Shown here: positions 18,733 to 29,040 of the stretch, one piece after another
Position numbering within the stretch: the first letter of the stretch is position 1
Layout: every line of letters begins with the position of its first letter
Origin: Deinococcales bacterium
GTDB lineage: Bacteria; Deinococcota; Deinococci; Deinococcales; JAAFIG01
NCBI GenBank assembly: GCA_043778225.1
Contig: JAYWGM010000044.1
Span: 29,044-93,043, forward strand
Reading direction: 5' to 3'
Length of the DNA stretch: 64,000 nt
Position numbers and translations under genes: made by a program
Notes under the pieces: model-generated
The model's input: the letters and a program-made list of their open reading frames with translations, nothing else
Database searches by the model: none
Told to the model about the DNA's origin: nothing

Positions 18733-20577
18733 TTAGACAGCAATAAAATCCCTAAAAGTTGGAATTAAACGCTTAAATTCGGCTCGCACACCCTGCCCAT
18801 CGCCTCGAGCCGAAGCTGAGAACAAGGCTTCTAACTGAGCATCAAGGTTAATGGGCAGCGAAGCCTCTTTTGCTACAAAAATTTTACTGTGCTTAGAAGA
18901 AGATGTTCCTTCCTCGGCAGTCAGCAACTCCTCGAAGAGCTTCTCGCCCGGACGCACTCCGCTAAAAACAATTTCGATGTCCTTACCGACCTCAAAACCA
19001 GAAAGCCGAATCACATCCTTGGCAAGGTCAACAATTTTGACGGGTTCGCCCATATCCAGCACATAAACCGCGCCGTTATCTGCTAGTCCACCCGCTTGCA
19101 GGACCAATTGCGAAGCCTCGGGAATGGTCATAAAATACCGCGTCATGTCTGGGTGGGTAATCGTGACTGGACCACCGACTTTAATTTGTTCTTGAAAGAG
19201 TGGAATCACGCTGCCCCTCGAGCCAAGCACATTGCCAAAACGCACAGAAACAAAATCCTGATTGGGCGTAGCCTTAGCTGCGCCACGCTGCACCAAGAAC
19301 TCTGCTACCCGCTTAGAAGCACCCATGACCGAAGTTGGATTAACCGCCTTATCGGTAGAAACATTAACCAAACGCTGCACTGCAAACTCGAGACACAAAT
19401 CCACGATATTGGATGTGCCTTGGATGTTATTAAACACCGCTTCCCACGGATTTTCTTCCATCAGTGGCACGTGCTTATGGGCAGCGGCATGAAACACCAC
19501 TTCTGGCTTAAAACGTTCAAAGGCACGGCGCAGTGTGGCAAAATCGCGCACATCAGCAATCACCGCATGGGTCTCGAGTTCAGGATACGTCCGCCGCAAT
19601 TCTTGCTGAATTAAATACACACTGTTCTCACCACGCCCAAGCAGAATCACTCGAGTTGGCGCAAACCGTGCCACTTGGCGCACAATCTCTGAGCCAATAC
19701 TGCCGCCAGCCCCCGTGACCAAAATAGTTCGTGCCTCGAGATACCCAGCAATTTCAGTCGTTTCGAGCTTGACCGAATCTCGGCGCAGCAAATCCTCGAG
19801 TGATACAGGACGAATTTGTGAAATACCAACCTTACCCGACAGAATCTCGAACACACCCGGAATGATGCGGTACGGAATCTGCGCTTCTCGAGCCAAATCC
19901 ACCACCCGACGTACCACCCGACCAGGCGCACTCGGAATTGCAATCAGCACTTCGTTCGCACCAGTTTCAAGCACCACCCGAGGCAAGGCATCCACCACGC
20001 CAAGAAGTGGTAAACCAACAAAACTCTGCCCGGCTTTAGCGCGTTCATCATCCAGAAAACCAATCGGTTGCAAACCAGAAGCTGGATGACGAATCATTTC
20101 TCGAGCAATAATCGTACCAGCCTCACCAGCCCCAACAATCAACACTCGTTTACCAGTCCCAGCCTCGAGACCACTGACAGATTGCCGTTCAAACAAAACT
20201 CGAGCCAATAAACGCAACCCACCCAAAGCCAAAGCCGCCAGCACCCCTTCGATTAGTGGCACACTGCGCGGCACAAGAGTCCAACCAGAAAGCACAAAAT
20301 TAAGCAAGTACACAGGAACAGTCCACAATGCCAAAACTGCACCCAAACGATACAAATCACGCACCCCAACCTTATGCCAAGATTGCCGATGCAGACCAAA
20401 AAAATAAAGCAAACCAGCCTTTGGAATCACACCAAAAACCACATACCAAGCAATCACCCGCTTATGCTCGAGCAGTGGCAAATCTATCCGCACAAAAAAA
20501 GCCAGCAGCCCAACAAAAGACCATGCCAGTAAATCCAGAACAAACTTTTCCTTTGTTGGACGCGACAACTTATTCAT
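18733..20577 (-). CDS. Membrane-anchored UDP-GlcNAc 4,6-dehydratase (PglF/CapD family)
   Basis: N-terminal TMs, GAGGSIGSE, HAAAHKHVP, STDKAVNP, RFGNVLGSRGS. Confidence 0.95.
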   Translation of the reverse strand: MNKLSRPTKEKFVLDLLAWSFVGLLAFFVRIDLPLLEHKRVIAWYVVFGVIPKAGLLYFFGLHRQSWHKVGVRDLYRLGAVLALWTVPVYLLNFVLSGWTLVPRSVPLIEGVLAALALGGLRLLARVLFERQSVSGLEAGTGKRVLIVGAGEAGTIIAREMIRHPASGLQPIGFLDDERAKAGQSFVGLPLLGVVDALPRVVLETGANEVLIAIPSAPGRVVRRVVDLAREAQIPYRIIPGVFEILSGKVGISQIRPVSLEDLLRRDSVKLETTEIAGYLEARTILVTGAGGSIGSEIVRQVARFAPTRVILLGRGENSVYLIQQELRRTYPELETHAVIADVRDFATLRRAFERFKPEVVFHAAAHKHVPLMEENPWEAVFNNIQGTSNIVDLCLEFAVQRLVNVSTDKAVNPTSVMGASKRVAEFLVQRGAAKATPNQDFVSVRFGNVLGSRGSVIPLFQEQIKVGGPVTITHPDMTRYFMTIPEASQLVLQAGGLADNGAVYVLDMGEPVKIVDLAKDVIRLSGFEVGKDIEIVFSGVRPGEKLFEELLTAEEGTSSSKHSKIFVAKEASLPINLDAQLEALFSASARGDGQGVRAEFKRLIPTFRDFIAV

Positions 20578-20612
20578 AAAAGATAGGATACCACCAAAAA
20601 ATAAAAAAAGAC

Positions 20613-22145
20613 TTATGGCACTTTAGCAAGCCACGCCGCAAAAGCCTTCTGCTCGAGACTAAAGACCACCCCAAGTTGCACCACAGGTAACTCGAGACCC
20701 GCCGCGTACTGGTTTTGCTCGATTTGCAAAAGTGCATCTTCGGGCGTACCAGACGTTTTAATTTCAAAAATAATCTGATGAGTTAAAGTCTCGAGCAGAA
20801 TATCAATCCGCCCTAAACTTGTCTGAACCTGACTCTGGGTTCTAAAACCAGTAGCTAAAAGCATGATATGCAGCAAACTATGCGGATAGGCTTCTTCACG
20901 CCGAAAAATTTCATAAGGAATGCCAGCCAGCACTTGATTGACAGCTGCAAAAAAACCATCCCAATCTAAGCGCTCAAGAGCGAGTTGCAAAATATTGGCA
21001 AAACCACTGATTTGACTTGGTACAATGAGACTATAAAATCCCAGTAGGCTTCTCGAAAACGCAAAACGTACTTCAAAATTAGGAAAGGTTAAATCATACC
21101 GTACTCCAGAAAAATTCGAGTAAAGTTTTTCGATGGTTAAATAACCAGTTTGAAACATTAAGGAAATCGGATCTATATCATCCAAAGCAGTTGCAACTAA
21201 CGGCGTATCATCTATTTTCTTTGGCTCAAATTCAAGAGGATTCAGTTGTTTGGCTTTAATCAACTCAAGTAATAAGGTTGGCGTACCCGTTTCGTACCAA
21301 TACGACTTAAACTGCTGCTGCTCGAGAAAGAGTAGAAAACTAAACGGACAATACAAACGATTTATTCCGTCCCAAGAATAGCCATTGTACCAATGCTTAA
21401 TGCTCTGCCAGAGCGTCTCGAGATTAAGATTAAATTTTGAAGCCAAAGCAGTTAAATACATTGAAAAACCAGCTTCGATTTCCTCCCTCGAGTACCCACA
21501 GATACTGGCATACTTGGTACTCAGGCTAATATCCTGCAAATTATTCAAATCCGAAAACAAACTGAGCTTACCAATTTTAGAAACACCCGTTAAAAATACC
21601 AACTCGAGATACGGATTCATCGGCTTTAAGACCCCATACAGGCTTTTTAAGATTGCCTGATGCGCGTTACGTTTATCTGGCTCGAGAAGATAATCGGTAA
21701 TCGGTTTATCGTACTCATCTATTAACACCACGACTTTAGCTTGTTTGGAAAGTTTATAAATCAACTCTTCAAAAGCCGAACGAACCGTATCCTGCTCGAG
21801 CAGCAAACCATACTCAGCCGCCGATTGCTGCAAGCTGTACAACAAAGAAACCTCGAGACTCCGCGCTGAGAAATCCAACCTGGAAAAATCAAGTCGAATA
21901 ACTGGATGCACCGCAAAATCATGCTGACCCTCGAGCCACAAGCCCACAAATAAATCCTTACGCCCATCAAAAATTGCTTTTAGTGTAGACACCAATAAAG
22001 ACTTACCAAACCGCCGAGGACGCGACAAAAAAAAGTACCCACCGGACTCGAGCAACGGCGCGATAAAATGGGTTTTATCCACATAAACATGACCCCGTTC
22101 ACGCAGCGTCGGAAAATCCTGAATGCCAATTGGCAGGGTGTTCAT
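20613..22145 (-). CDS. AAA-ATPase-like protein with C-terminal PD-(D/E)XK nuclease domain
   Basis: LPIGIQDF, RPRRFGKS, LIDEYDKP, WYNGY; C-terminal GRIDI...FEIK. Confidence 0.92.
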   Translation of the reverse strand: MNTLPIGIQDFPTLRERGHVYVDKTHFIAPLLESGGYFFLSRPRRFGKSLLVSTLKAIFDGRKDLFVGLWLEGQHDFAVHPVIRLDFSRLDFSARSLEVSLLYSLQQSAAEYGLLLEQDTVRSAFEELIYKLSKQAKVVVLIDEYDKPITDYLLEPDKRNAHQAILKSLYGVLKPMNPYLELVFLTGVSKIGKLSLFSDLNNLQDISLSTKYASICGYSREEIEAGFSMYLTALASKFNLNLETLWQSIKHWYNGYSWDGINRLYCPFSFLLFLEQQQFKSYWYETGTPTLLLELIKAKQLNPLEFEPKKIDDTPLVATALDDIDPISLMFQTGYLTIEKLYSNFSGVRYDLTFPNFEVRFAFSRSLLGFYSLIVPSQISGFANILQLALERLDWDGFFAAVNQVLAGIPYEIFRREEAYPHSLLHIMLLATGFRTQSQVQTSLGRIDILLETLTHQIIFEIKTSGTPEDALLQIEQNQYAAGLELPVVQLGVVFSLEQKAFAAWLAKVP

Positions 22146-22283
22146 GCCTTAACTATAGCACTGCCCTCGAGATTATTTTTTGAAACTCGAGCTTACTGCA
22201 ACTGCTCGGTAATATCAATTTGTATTGGAAATAATTTTACGACGTAACCCAACTCTTCTGTACAAATATGCTAAAATGCGCCC

Positions 22284-22610
22284 GTGCGGGGTTTTGATGA
22301 ATCTACCAAAGAAATTCTTGACTGGGAACTCGAAGCTATCCATACCGCGCTGATAAACAAAGAGATAGACATTCACCCGCACGCCCTAAAAGCTGCTCGA
22401 GACGAAAATATACCACCAAGAGAACTATTAGCAGCCATTCTGGTAGGACGACCAAGCGAAAAAGATTTACCCAATAATCCCTATCAGCGTTTCGTTGGAA
22501 TTAATTTTGAACACCAAACAGATGACCAACGATTTATACGAGTCAAAGTAACATGGGTGGGCAATTATTTAGTCATCACAGCCCATACAATTCGGAGACC
22601 ACATGAATAA
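22284..22610 (+). CDS. DUF4258-like putative toxin
   Basis: IHPHALKAA...ILVG...VITAH pattern; leaderless GTG 6 nt after TAAAAT; overlaps the next small gene. Confidence 0.6.
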   Translation: MRGFDESTKEILDWELEAIHTALINKEIDIHPHALKAARDENIPPRELLAAILVGRPSEKDLPNNPYQRFVGINFEHQTDDQRFIRVKVTWVGNYLVITAHTIRRPHE

Positions 22611-22854
22611 TGTACTCGAGACCAACCAAACACACCCAATTCCTTATATTCAAACCATGGACTACCACTACCAAAGCCCAGAGGGTCGAACAATACTGGT
22701 TAAAAATGTGCCAATAAAAACCCATATTGACCAGTACGGCACAAGTCATCAGGTTTTCTCGAGCGACGTAGCCCAAGTATTATATGACCTAATCGGACTG
22801 GCTCTAGCCAACAATTCGCAAAACCAAGAAACGGTTGAATACCTCAATACCTAA
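22603..22854 (+). CDS. Putative antitoxin, YgiT/MqsA N-terminal-like but lacking Cys
   Basis: ILVKNVP motif; GGAG RBS; follows the DUF4258-like gene. Confidence 0.5.
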   Translation: MNNVLETNQTHPIPYIQTMDYHYQSPEGRTILVKNVPIKTHIDQYGTSHQVFSSDVAQVLYDLIGLALANNSQNQETVEYLNT

Positions 22855-24443
22855 GCAGTTTTGAGCGCATCTGGACTTGGTTCAGGTTGCTTTAAGCCAG
22901 CTGCTGCCATCCAAAATGCCAAATGCACAGGCGCATAGAAAAATAAATAATCCACCGAGTTAATCACAAAAATAGCCGCTAAAAGAGCCAATGCCCCTGC
23001 GTCTCGAGACCGCCATGCTTTTAGAATCACCCAGCCCCATAGCCAAAGCATGGCGAGCAGCCCAACCAACCCAGATTCACCCGCCGTTTGCAACCAGAGG
23101 TTGTGAGCATGGGTCAAGGTGTCCTTGGTCAGCCCGTAACCAGTGGCTCGAGCATCGAGCTTAACCTTCATAGCAGCAGATAAATCGCCAGTGCCAATAA
23201 GAAAAGTACGCGGGTTCTCGAGCCACGCCTTGGTAGCAAGTCGCCAAATCTCGAGCCGACCTCGAGCGGAGTCTTGGTCCGCAATGTTTAGGGAACGAAT
23301 ACCAGATTGTTGAGTGACGCTCGGAACTGCGGCTGGTGTGGTTTGGATATTTTTGAATTGTAAAAAAGCAACACCTGCAAAACAAAAAAGCAGGATAAGA
23401 GGTAGAGTTTTATAAAAACGTGAACGAGCCAAAAAGAGGATGAATAAGCCTATTGTAAATGCAGCAAGCGCCCCTCGAGAACCAGAAAGAAAAACAGAAA
23501 GTAGTGCTGGTATTGCCATCACAAAACCTCCGAAATAAGCAGGTGTTAAAGCTGCCAAAAGTAATGCAACAACAGTCATTTGTGCGCCAAAAGCATTTTC
23601 ATTAAATACTAACCCGTTGGAACGAGTCATATCTGTTAGAACTTCCAGAGGCATGGGTTGGGTCAATAGGATAACTCGAGAATTGCGTGTTTGCAGTTCT
23701 GGATTGTTCCAATTCCAAGTGCCATAACCACCAATTCCCAGAACTGCCGCACCCCTAGCTAAAAGGTTGACTTCTATTGTGCATAACGTCCATTGAACAT
23801 TCACATTACAAATTTGGTCACTACGCCCATTTGGAAGAGCCGCATGAATAAACCCAATATTGAGCTTAAAAGGCTTTTTGGAGCGAATTTCTAATTGGTA
23901 ACGAACTTTTCCAGAGCCTTGCCACGTTGTATTTTGCAATGCCCAAGCATTACTCTTTTCTGTTATTACAAATTCTGTTATGCGTTCAATTTGTTTTTGG
24001 GTAGCTAGTACGGGTTCGTTAATCCAAAATAATTCACCTCCAAAAAAATTGAAAGCCATCTTTGGAATAAAAAGAACTCCAAAGACAATAACACTACCTA
24101 TAAAAATTCCTATGGTGATGACTCTAGGATTAAAACTATTTAACCATTGAGCCAAAAAATAAAAAATTAGGACAGCCAAACTCTCTAAAATACTCTGATT
24201 CAGATTTAAGGAATTGACAGAGCTTAAAATTTTAGTAAAACAAAGACCCACAATAATCCAAAAGAATAATTTTTGTGTATGAATAGTTTTCAAACCATCA
24301 AAAAATAATGATGCAATACCAAAAGCACTTAAAAATATAACCAAACTAACTTCGGGTTGAATCGCTAGAGCCACATACCCAAGTCCAGCCAACCCAGGCA
24401 ATAAATTAATACGAATAAAGTCTGGTATCTTAACTACTTGCAC
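22851..24443 (-). CDS. O-antigen ligase / O-oligosaccharyltransferase (Wzy_C family) with a large soluble insert
   Basis: SGSRGAL, GRLEIW, HAHNLWL motifs; many TM segments. Confidence 0.88.
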   Translation of the reverse strand: MQVVKIPDFIRINLLPGLAGLGYVALAIQPEVSLVIFLSAFGIASLFFDGLKTIHTQKLFFWIIVGLCFTKILSSVNSLNLNQSILESLAVLIFYFLAQWLNSFNPRVITIGIFIGSVIVFGVLFIPKMAFNFFGGELFWINEPVLATQKQIERITEFVITEKSNAWALQNTTWQGSGKVRYQLEIRSKKPFKLNIGFIHAALPNGRSDQICNVNVQWTLCTIEVNLLARGAAVLGIGGYGTWNWNNPELQTRNSRVILLTQPMPLEVLTDMTRSNGLVFNENAFGAQMTVVALLLAALTPAYFGGFVMAIPALLSVFLSGSRGALAAFTIGLFILFLARSRFYKTLPLILLFCFAGVAFLQFKNIQTTPAAVPSVTQQSGIRSLNIADQDSARGRLEIWRLATKAWLENPRTFLIGTGDLSAAMKVKLDARATGYGLTKDTLTHAHNLWLQTAGESGLVGLLAMLWLWGWVILKAWRSRDAGALALLAAIFVINSVDYLFFYAPVHLAFWMAAAGLKQPEPSPDALKTA

Positions 24444-25623
24444 GATCCATCACTGTAATAACGGCATCAGCAACTGCTCGAATATCTGTGGACAAAAGCG
24501 TAGGGTGAACCAAAAACATCAAACTGGTCTCACCAAGTACCTTAGCAACAGGTAATCGTTCTATAGGCGCTAGTCCAGCATTTGCAAAAGCCTTCTCGAG
24601 ATAAATTTCTGAGCAAGACCCTGAGAAACATGGCACACCTAATGCGGTAATCTCATTCATAATTCGGTCTCGAGTCCAACCTGCTTTGAGTTGCTTTTGT
24701 TTTACGAAAACGTAATATTTATAGTACGAATGAAAAATATCATCGGGTACTCGAGTCACCCGTAAAGCTGGCATACTCGAGAACGCCTCGGTCAGAATAG
24801 CTGCATTTGCTCGGCGCTGCTCAATCCAGTTTGGTAGTTTTCGCAATTGAATCCGTCCAATTGCGGCTTGCACCTCGAGCATACGCCAGTTTGTACCAAA
24901 GGATTCGTGTAACCATCTAAATCCGGGCGCGTGTTGACGATTATAAACAGCATCAAAGCTCTTACCATGGTCTTTATATGCCCATGCCTTCGCCCATACT
25001 TCTGGGTCATTCAACGCTAACAGACCACCTTCACCACCTGTACTCATAATTTTATCTTGACAAAAAGAAAACGCTCCAGCATGACCAATGCTACCAACAG
25101 GCTTACCTTTGTAAAATGCACCATGTGCCTGAGCGCAATCTTCAATCACAATTAGGTTATGTTTAGCCGCCAATTCCATAATTGCATCCATATCGCATGG
25201 ATAACCCGCCAAATGTACAGCAATAATGGCTCTCGAGCGCGGCGTAATGACCTTAGCAATGGTTTGTGCAGTAATGTTTTGTGAAACTGGGTCAACATCC
25301 GCCATGATTGGAACAGCACCACGCATAACCGCAGCACTTGCGGAGGCAATAAAAGTACGTGGTGTGGTAATCACCTCGTCCCCTGCACCAATACCAAAAG
25401 CATAGAGCGCCAACTCGAGGGCAGCCGTACCATTGTGCAATGCAATGGCGTGCTTGACATCCAAATACTCGGCATACTCACGTTCAAATTCTCGAGATTC
25501 CGTACCAGTCCAGTAATTGACCTTACCTGATTGTAAGACCTCGAGAACCGCAGCAGTTTCATCGGGTTCAAAAACGGGCCAAGGTGCGCTTGAATATGTG
25601 GTTTTGGTCAGTGTCTGAGTCAT
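24430..25623 (-). CDS. DegT/DnrJ/EryC1/StrS sugar aminotransferase (PglE-like role)
   Basis: NGTAALE, EDCAQAHG, SFCQDKIMSTGGEGG. Confidence 0.94.
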   Translation of the reverse strand: MTQTLTKTTYSSAPWPVFEPDETAAVLEVLQSGKVNYWTGTESREFEREYAEYLDVKHAIALHNGTAALELALYAFGIGAGDEVITTPRTFIASASAAVMRGAVPIMADVDPVSQNITAQTIAKVITPRSRAIIAVHLAGYPCDMDAIMELAAKHNLIVIEDCAQAHGAFYKGKPVGSIGHAGAFSFCQDKIMSTGGEGGLLALNDPEVWAKAWAYKDHGKSFDAVYNRQHAPGFRWLHESFGTNWRMLEVQAAIGRIQLRKLPNWIEQRRANAAILTEAFSSMPALRVTRVPDDIFHSYYKYYVFVKQKQLKAGWTRDRIMNEITALGVPCFSGSCSEIYLEKAFANAGLAPIERLPVAKVLGETSLMFLVHPTLLSTDIRAVADAVITVMDRASS

Positions 25624-25640
25624 AATTACCGCTCATTATA

Positions 25641-26249
25641 TCAAGCAGATGTGAGACGTTTTGCTGGAATGCCTACAAAAGTCCCATTCGAGTCTAGGTT
25701 TTCTACACATACGCTACCTGCTCCAAGAGTTGACCATGCACCAATATGCTTATTTGGAATAACTACCGAACCAGCCCCAATAAATACGCCAGTCTCGAGA
25801 GTGACACCACCTGTCAAAGTAGCATTTGGGGCAACATGACAGTAATCTGCAATTTTGCAATCGTGGTCTATAGAAGCCGAAGAATTCACAATACAATGCT
25901 GACCAATGACTGCATCAGCTTGGATAACTGCTCCTGCAAAAACTACTGTACCCGCCTGGAGTATTGCGCGGCTCGAGAGAATTGCTTTAGGGTGAATAAC
26001 TGTTGCCCAAGAAAAGTGACTAGATAACGCTAAGTCTAACTTTTGCCGTACTAAATTTGACCCAATAGCAATAGTAACATGAACATCTTTTGGTGGCTCG
26101 AGATTACTCGGCTTTCCTAAATGCGGTAAGCCGAACAAAGCAGCATCTAAATTATCATCCGCAAAACCAAGCACTTGCCAGCCAGCCAGTTGTGCAGTGT
26201 CTGCTACAACTTTTGCATGACCCCCTGCACCAATAATCACTAATTTCAT
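25641..26249 (-). CDS. PglD/NeuD-family sugar N-acetyltransferase
   Basis: GAGGHAKVV, IDHDC and hexapeptide repeats. Confidence 0.93.
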   Translation of the reverse strand: MKLVIIGAGGHAKVVADTAQLAGWQVLGFADDNLDAALFGLPHLGKPSNLEPPKDVHVTIAIGSNLVRQKLDLALSSHFSWATVIHPKAILSSRAILQAGTVVFAGAVIQADAVIGQHCIVNSSASIDHDCKIADYCHVAPNATLTGGVTLETGVFIGAGSVVIPNKHIGAWSTLGAGSVCVENLDSNGTFVGIPAKRLTSA

Positions 26250-28030
26250 TGATTTGGCTCTATCTGCCCTGTGAATACTGGCATTGTTGCATCACCTATA
26301 GCACTAATCCCATCACGTTTTATGACTTTTATAACAGTCTTCCACAAAATCTGTATGTCTAAAATAAGCGTTTGATTGTTTACATACCAAACATCTAATT
26401 TGAATTTTTCTTCCCAAGAAATAGAATTACGTCCGTTCACTTGCGCCCAGCCAGTTATGCCTGGTTTAACTTCATGCCGCCTAGCCTGCTCTGAAGTATA
26501 TCGCTCGAGGTATTCCATCAGCAATGGGCGTGGACCAACTAAGCTCATGTCACCGCGCAAAACATTCCATAATCCTGGTAGTTCATCTAGGCTTGTTGCC
26601 CGAAGCCATTTGCCAAATGGAGTGAGGCGGTCAGCATCTGGTAATAAGTTACCACTACCATCTCGAGCATCGGTCATGGTGCGGAACTTATACATCTCAA
26701 ATGGTTTACCGTTTAGCCCTGGGCGTTTTTGACTAAACAAAATAGGTGTACCTAATCGTTGCCGAACCAACCAAGCTACAATCACAAGTACAGGTGCAAG
26801 CAAAACCAAAGCCCCAGAAACAGCAATTATATCAAAACAACGTTTTAGCCAACGCGCACGCTGCTGCTGTATGCCAATTCGCTCGGTATACAACGAAGTA
26901 TATAATTGATGTAACCCTTGCCAAATTTCCTCTGGCTTAAAATCTTTTTCGGCACGATTTTTACCCGCTTGACCCATAGCAATTGCCATTTCAGGATTCT
27001 CGAGAAGGGTGCATATGGCTCGAGTCAGTGCTTTAATATCTCCCACAGGTACAATCAAACCTGTTACAGAATCAATCACCGAATCTACCGCACCAGTCGC
27101 ATTGGTGGTTATCACTGGCTTTCCTGCTGCGGCTGCCTCAAGTGGCACATTAGGAAAACCCTCTCGGTATGTTGGTAGTATTAGCATATCAAGCACCTGG
27201 TAATAGGAACTCGGATCAGCCACAAATCCTAATTTTACAATCTGAGGATTTGACTCAATTTGATTTCGATTATTCTCCAAAACAGGGTCGCCAACCTCAT
27301 AATCACCTAAAATTACTAAGTAAGTATTTGGGAATTTTTCAAGAACATTCTGAAAACTATCAACTAGCTCCCTAATACCTTTATCTCGAGTTAATCGCCC
27401 AACAAAACCAAGTACAGGTGCATCCAAAGGAATGTTGAACTGTTCTCGAATTTGCCTTGCAGCTTTGACTCGAGCCGGCGTTGATTCATACCGAGAAATT
27501 TCTATTCCGTTAATACTCCCAGACCCTAAGACAATAATTTTATCTTCTTTAGCTAGACTCAATTCAACAACTCTTTTCTTGAGGCTATGGCTAACACAAA
27601 CAATTTTATGGGCAACTAAACAAGCCAACCACTCGGACAACCATAAAATTGTACGCTTAAAGCCAGTCACTGTTTCCAACCGCAATCCCGCAATTGTGTA
27701 CACTCGAGCAGGCGTTCTTGCCAGAAAACTGGCTATCCCAGTAATCAAACCTGCTTTTGGAGTAAGGACTTGCGAAACATCTGGTTTAAGCTCCCTAATC
27801 TTCAAATAATTATTCCATAAAGAAAAAATATCAGATTTAAGACTAATCTCACGTTGCATTTTAATCGTAGAAAACCGACTAAATCCCCTATTCAATAGTT
27901 TTTCTTCAGATTCGTTATCGCCAGAAAGAATATCAACTTCTATTTTCTTATCAAAAAGAAATCTATCCAAGCCAATGAAAAAAGCCCAAGCGCTGACCGA
28001 AGCTGTTGTCGCATACAAAAATCTCTTCAT
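26246..28030 (-). CDS. Fused GT4 glycosyltransferase and PglC-type phosphoglycosyl transferase
   Basis: N-terminal TPKAG, FVGRLTRDKG, REGFPNVPLEAAA; C-terminal KRCFD, KFRTM, SLDELP, VGPRP, PGITGWAQ. Confidence 0.92.
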   Translation of the reverse strand: MKRFLYATTASVSAWAFFIGLDRFLFDKKIEVDILSGDNESEEKLLNRGFSRFSTIKMQREISLKSDIFSLWNNYLKIRELKPDVSQVLTPKAGLITGIASFLARTPARVYTIAGLRLETVTGFKRTILWLSEWLACLVAHKIVCVSHSLKKRVVELSLAKEDKIIVLGSGSINGIEISRYESTPARVKAARQIREQFNIPLDAPVLGFVGRLTRDKGIRELVDSFQNVLEKFPNTYLVILGDYEVGDPVLENNRNQIESNPQIVKLGFVADPSSYYQVLDMLILPTYREGFPNVPLEAAAAGKPVITTNATGAVDSVIDSVTGLIVPVGDIKALTRAICTLLENPEMAIAMGQAGKNRAEKDFKPEEIWQGLHQLYTSLYTERIGIQQQRARWLKRCFDIIAVSGALVLLAPVLVIVAWLVRQRLGTPILFSQKRPGLNGKPFEMYKFRTMTDARDGSGNLLPDADRLTPFGKWLRATSLDELPGLWNVLRGDMSLVGPRPLLMEYLERYTSEQARRHEVKPGITGWAQVNGRNSISWEEKFKLDVWYVNNQTLILDIQILWKTVIKVIKRDGISAIGDATMPVFTGQIEPNQ

Positions 28031-28941
28031 GAATTTCTTCTTTCAAAATCGAATACCTTATTCATTATAGAATCAAATTCTAAAATTTGCATATACTTTC
28101 TAATTTCAGAATTATCCAATACTGACCGCTTAACCTCACTTGAACGAGGCTCGAGAAACTCTATTTTGCTTTTCGACTCTACATTTTGCAAAATTAATTC
28201 AGCCAATCTAAGTGTTGGTACTGCTTGTGCCGAAGAGATATTAATTGTTTTTTCAGTAATAACATTTTGCACACATAGCAGATTCGCCATTGCAACATTA
28301 TCAACATCAATATAATCTCGAAAACAACCTTCATCCCCCAATACTTCTCGTCCAAAAATTGTCAGAGGCTGATTTGCTTTTGCTTTCTCGAGCAAAATAG
28401 ATAGAAGCAACCCTTCCCCTTTTTTTGGCTGATTTTTGCCAATAATGTTTGAGTACCTAAGAATATTATACTGAAATCCGTATGTTAGACTAAATGTATG
28501 TAGGTACTGCTCAAATGCCAATTTGCTAGTTGCATAGGGGCTAATTGGACGCACTGCCCAACTTGGGTGTGCAAGTTGGGGGTCTGGTACTTCTCCATAA
28601 ATTGCGCCACCTGAACTCGAAAAGATAAATTTCTCCAAGCCAACTTTTGCAGCTTCCACAACTAAATTTACAGAACCCAGAAGATTTACAGAAATATCTC
28701 GGAGTGGGTCTTGTTCTTTGAGTAAAGCTGCTGTGTGGATAATAACTTGTGGTTTTAATAAATTGAGTACATTAAAAACACTTTTTTGATCAGCTAAATC
28801 CAGGTAGAAAACAGTCTCTTGATTTACTAATTTATAATTTGATGTTGTTCCATAAAATTTCAGATTGTGTAATTTTAATTGATTAACTATACTTTGACCA
28901 ACAAAACCATTTATGCCAGTAATAAGGATTCTTCTATTCAT
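28027..28941 (-). CDS. NAD-dependent epimerase/dehydratase (GalE-like)
   Basis: GINGFVG, SSSGGAIYG, YATSK. Confidence 0.9.
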   Translation of the reverse strand: MNRRILITGINGFVGQSIVNQLKLHNLKFYGTTSNYKLVNQETVFYLDLADQKSVFNVLNLLKPQVIIHTAALLKEQDPLRDISVNLLGSVNLVVEAAKVGLEKFIFSSSGGAIYGEVPDPQLAHPSWAVRPISPYATSKLAFEQYLHTFSLTYGFQYNILRYSNIIGKNQPKKGEGLLLSILLEKAKANQPLTIFGREVLGDEGCFRDYIDVDNVAMANLLCVQNVITEKTINISSAQAVPTLRLAELILQNVESKSKIEFLEPRSSEVKRSVLDNSEIRKYMQILEFDSIMNKVFDFERRNS

Positions 28942-29040
28942 AGTTATACTCCAAGATTACTTATGAAAAATATGGATTTATCGAAAAAAGTAGGAAAATA
29001 ATGGCTTAATAATAGAGTGAAGAATCCTACCAAGAACTTA

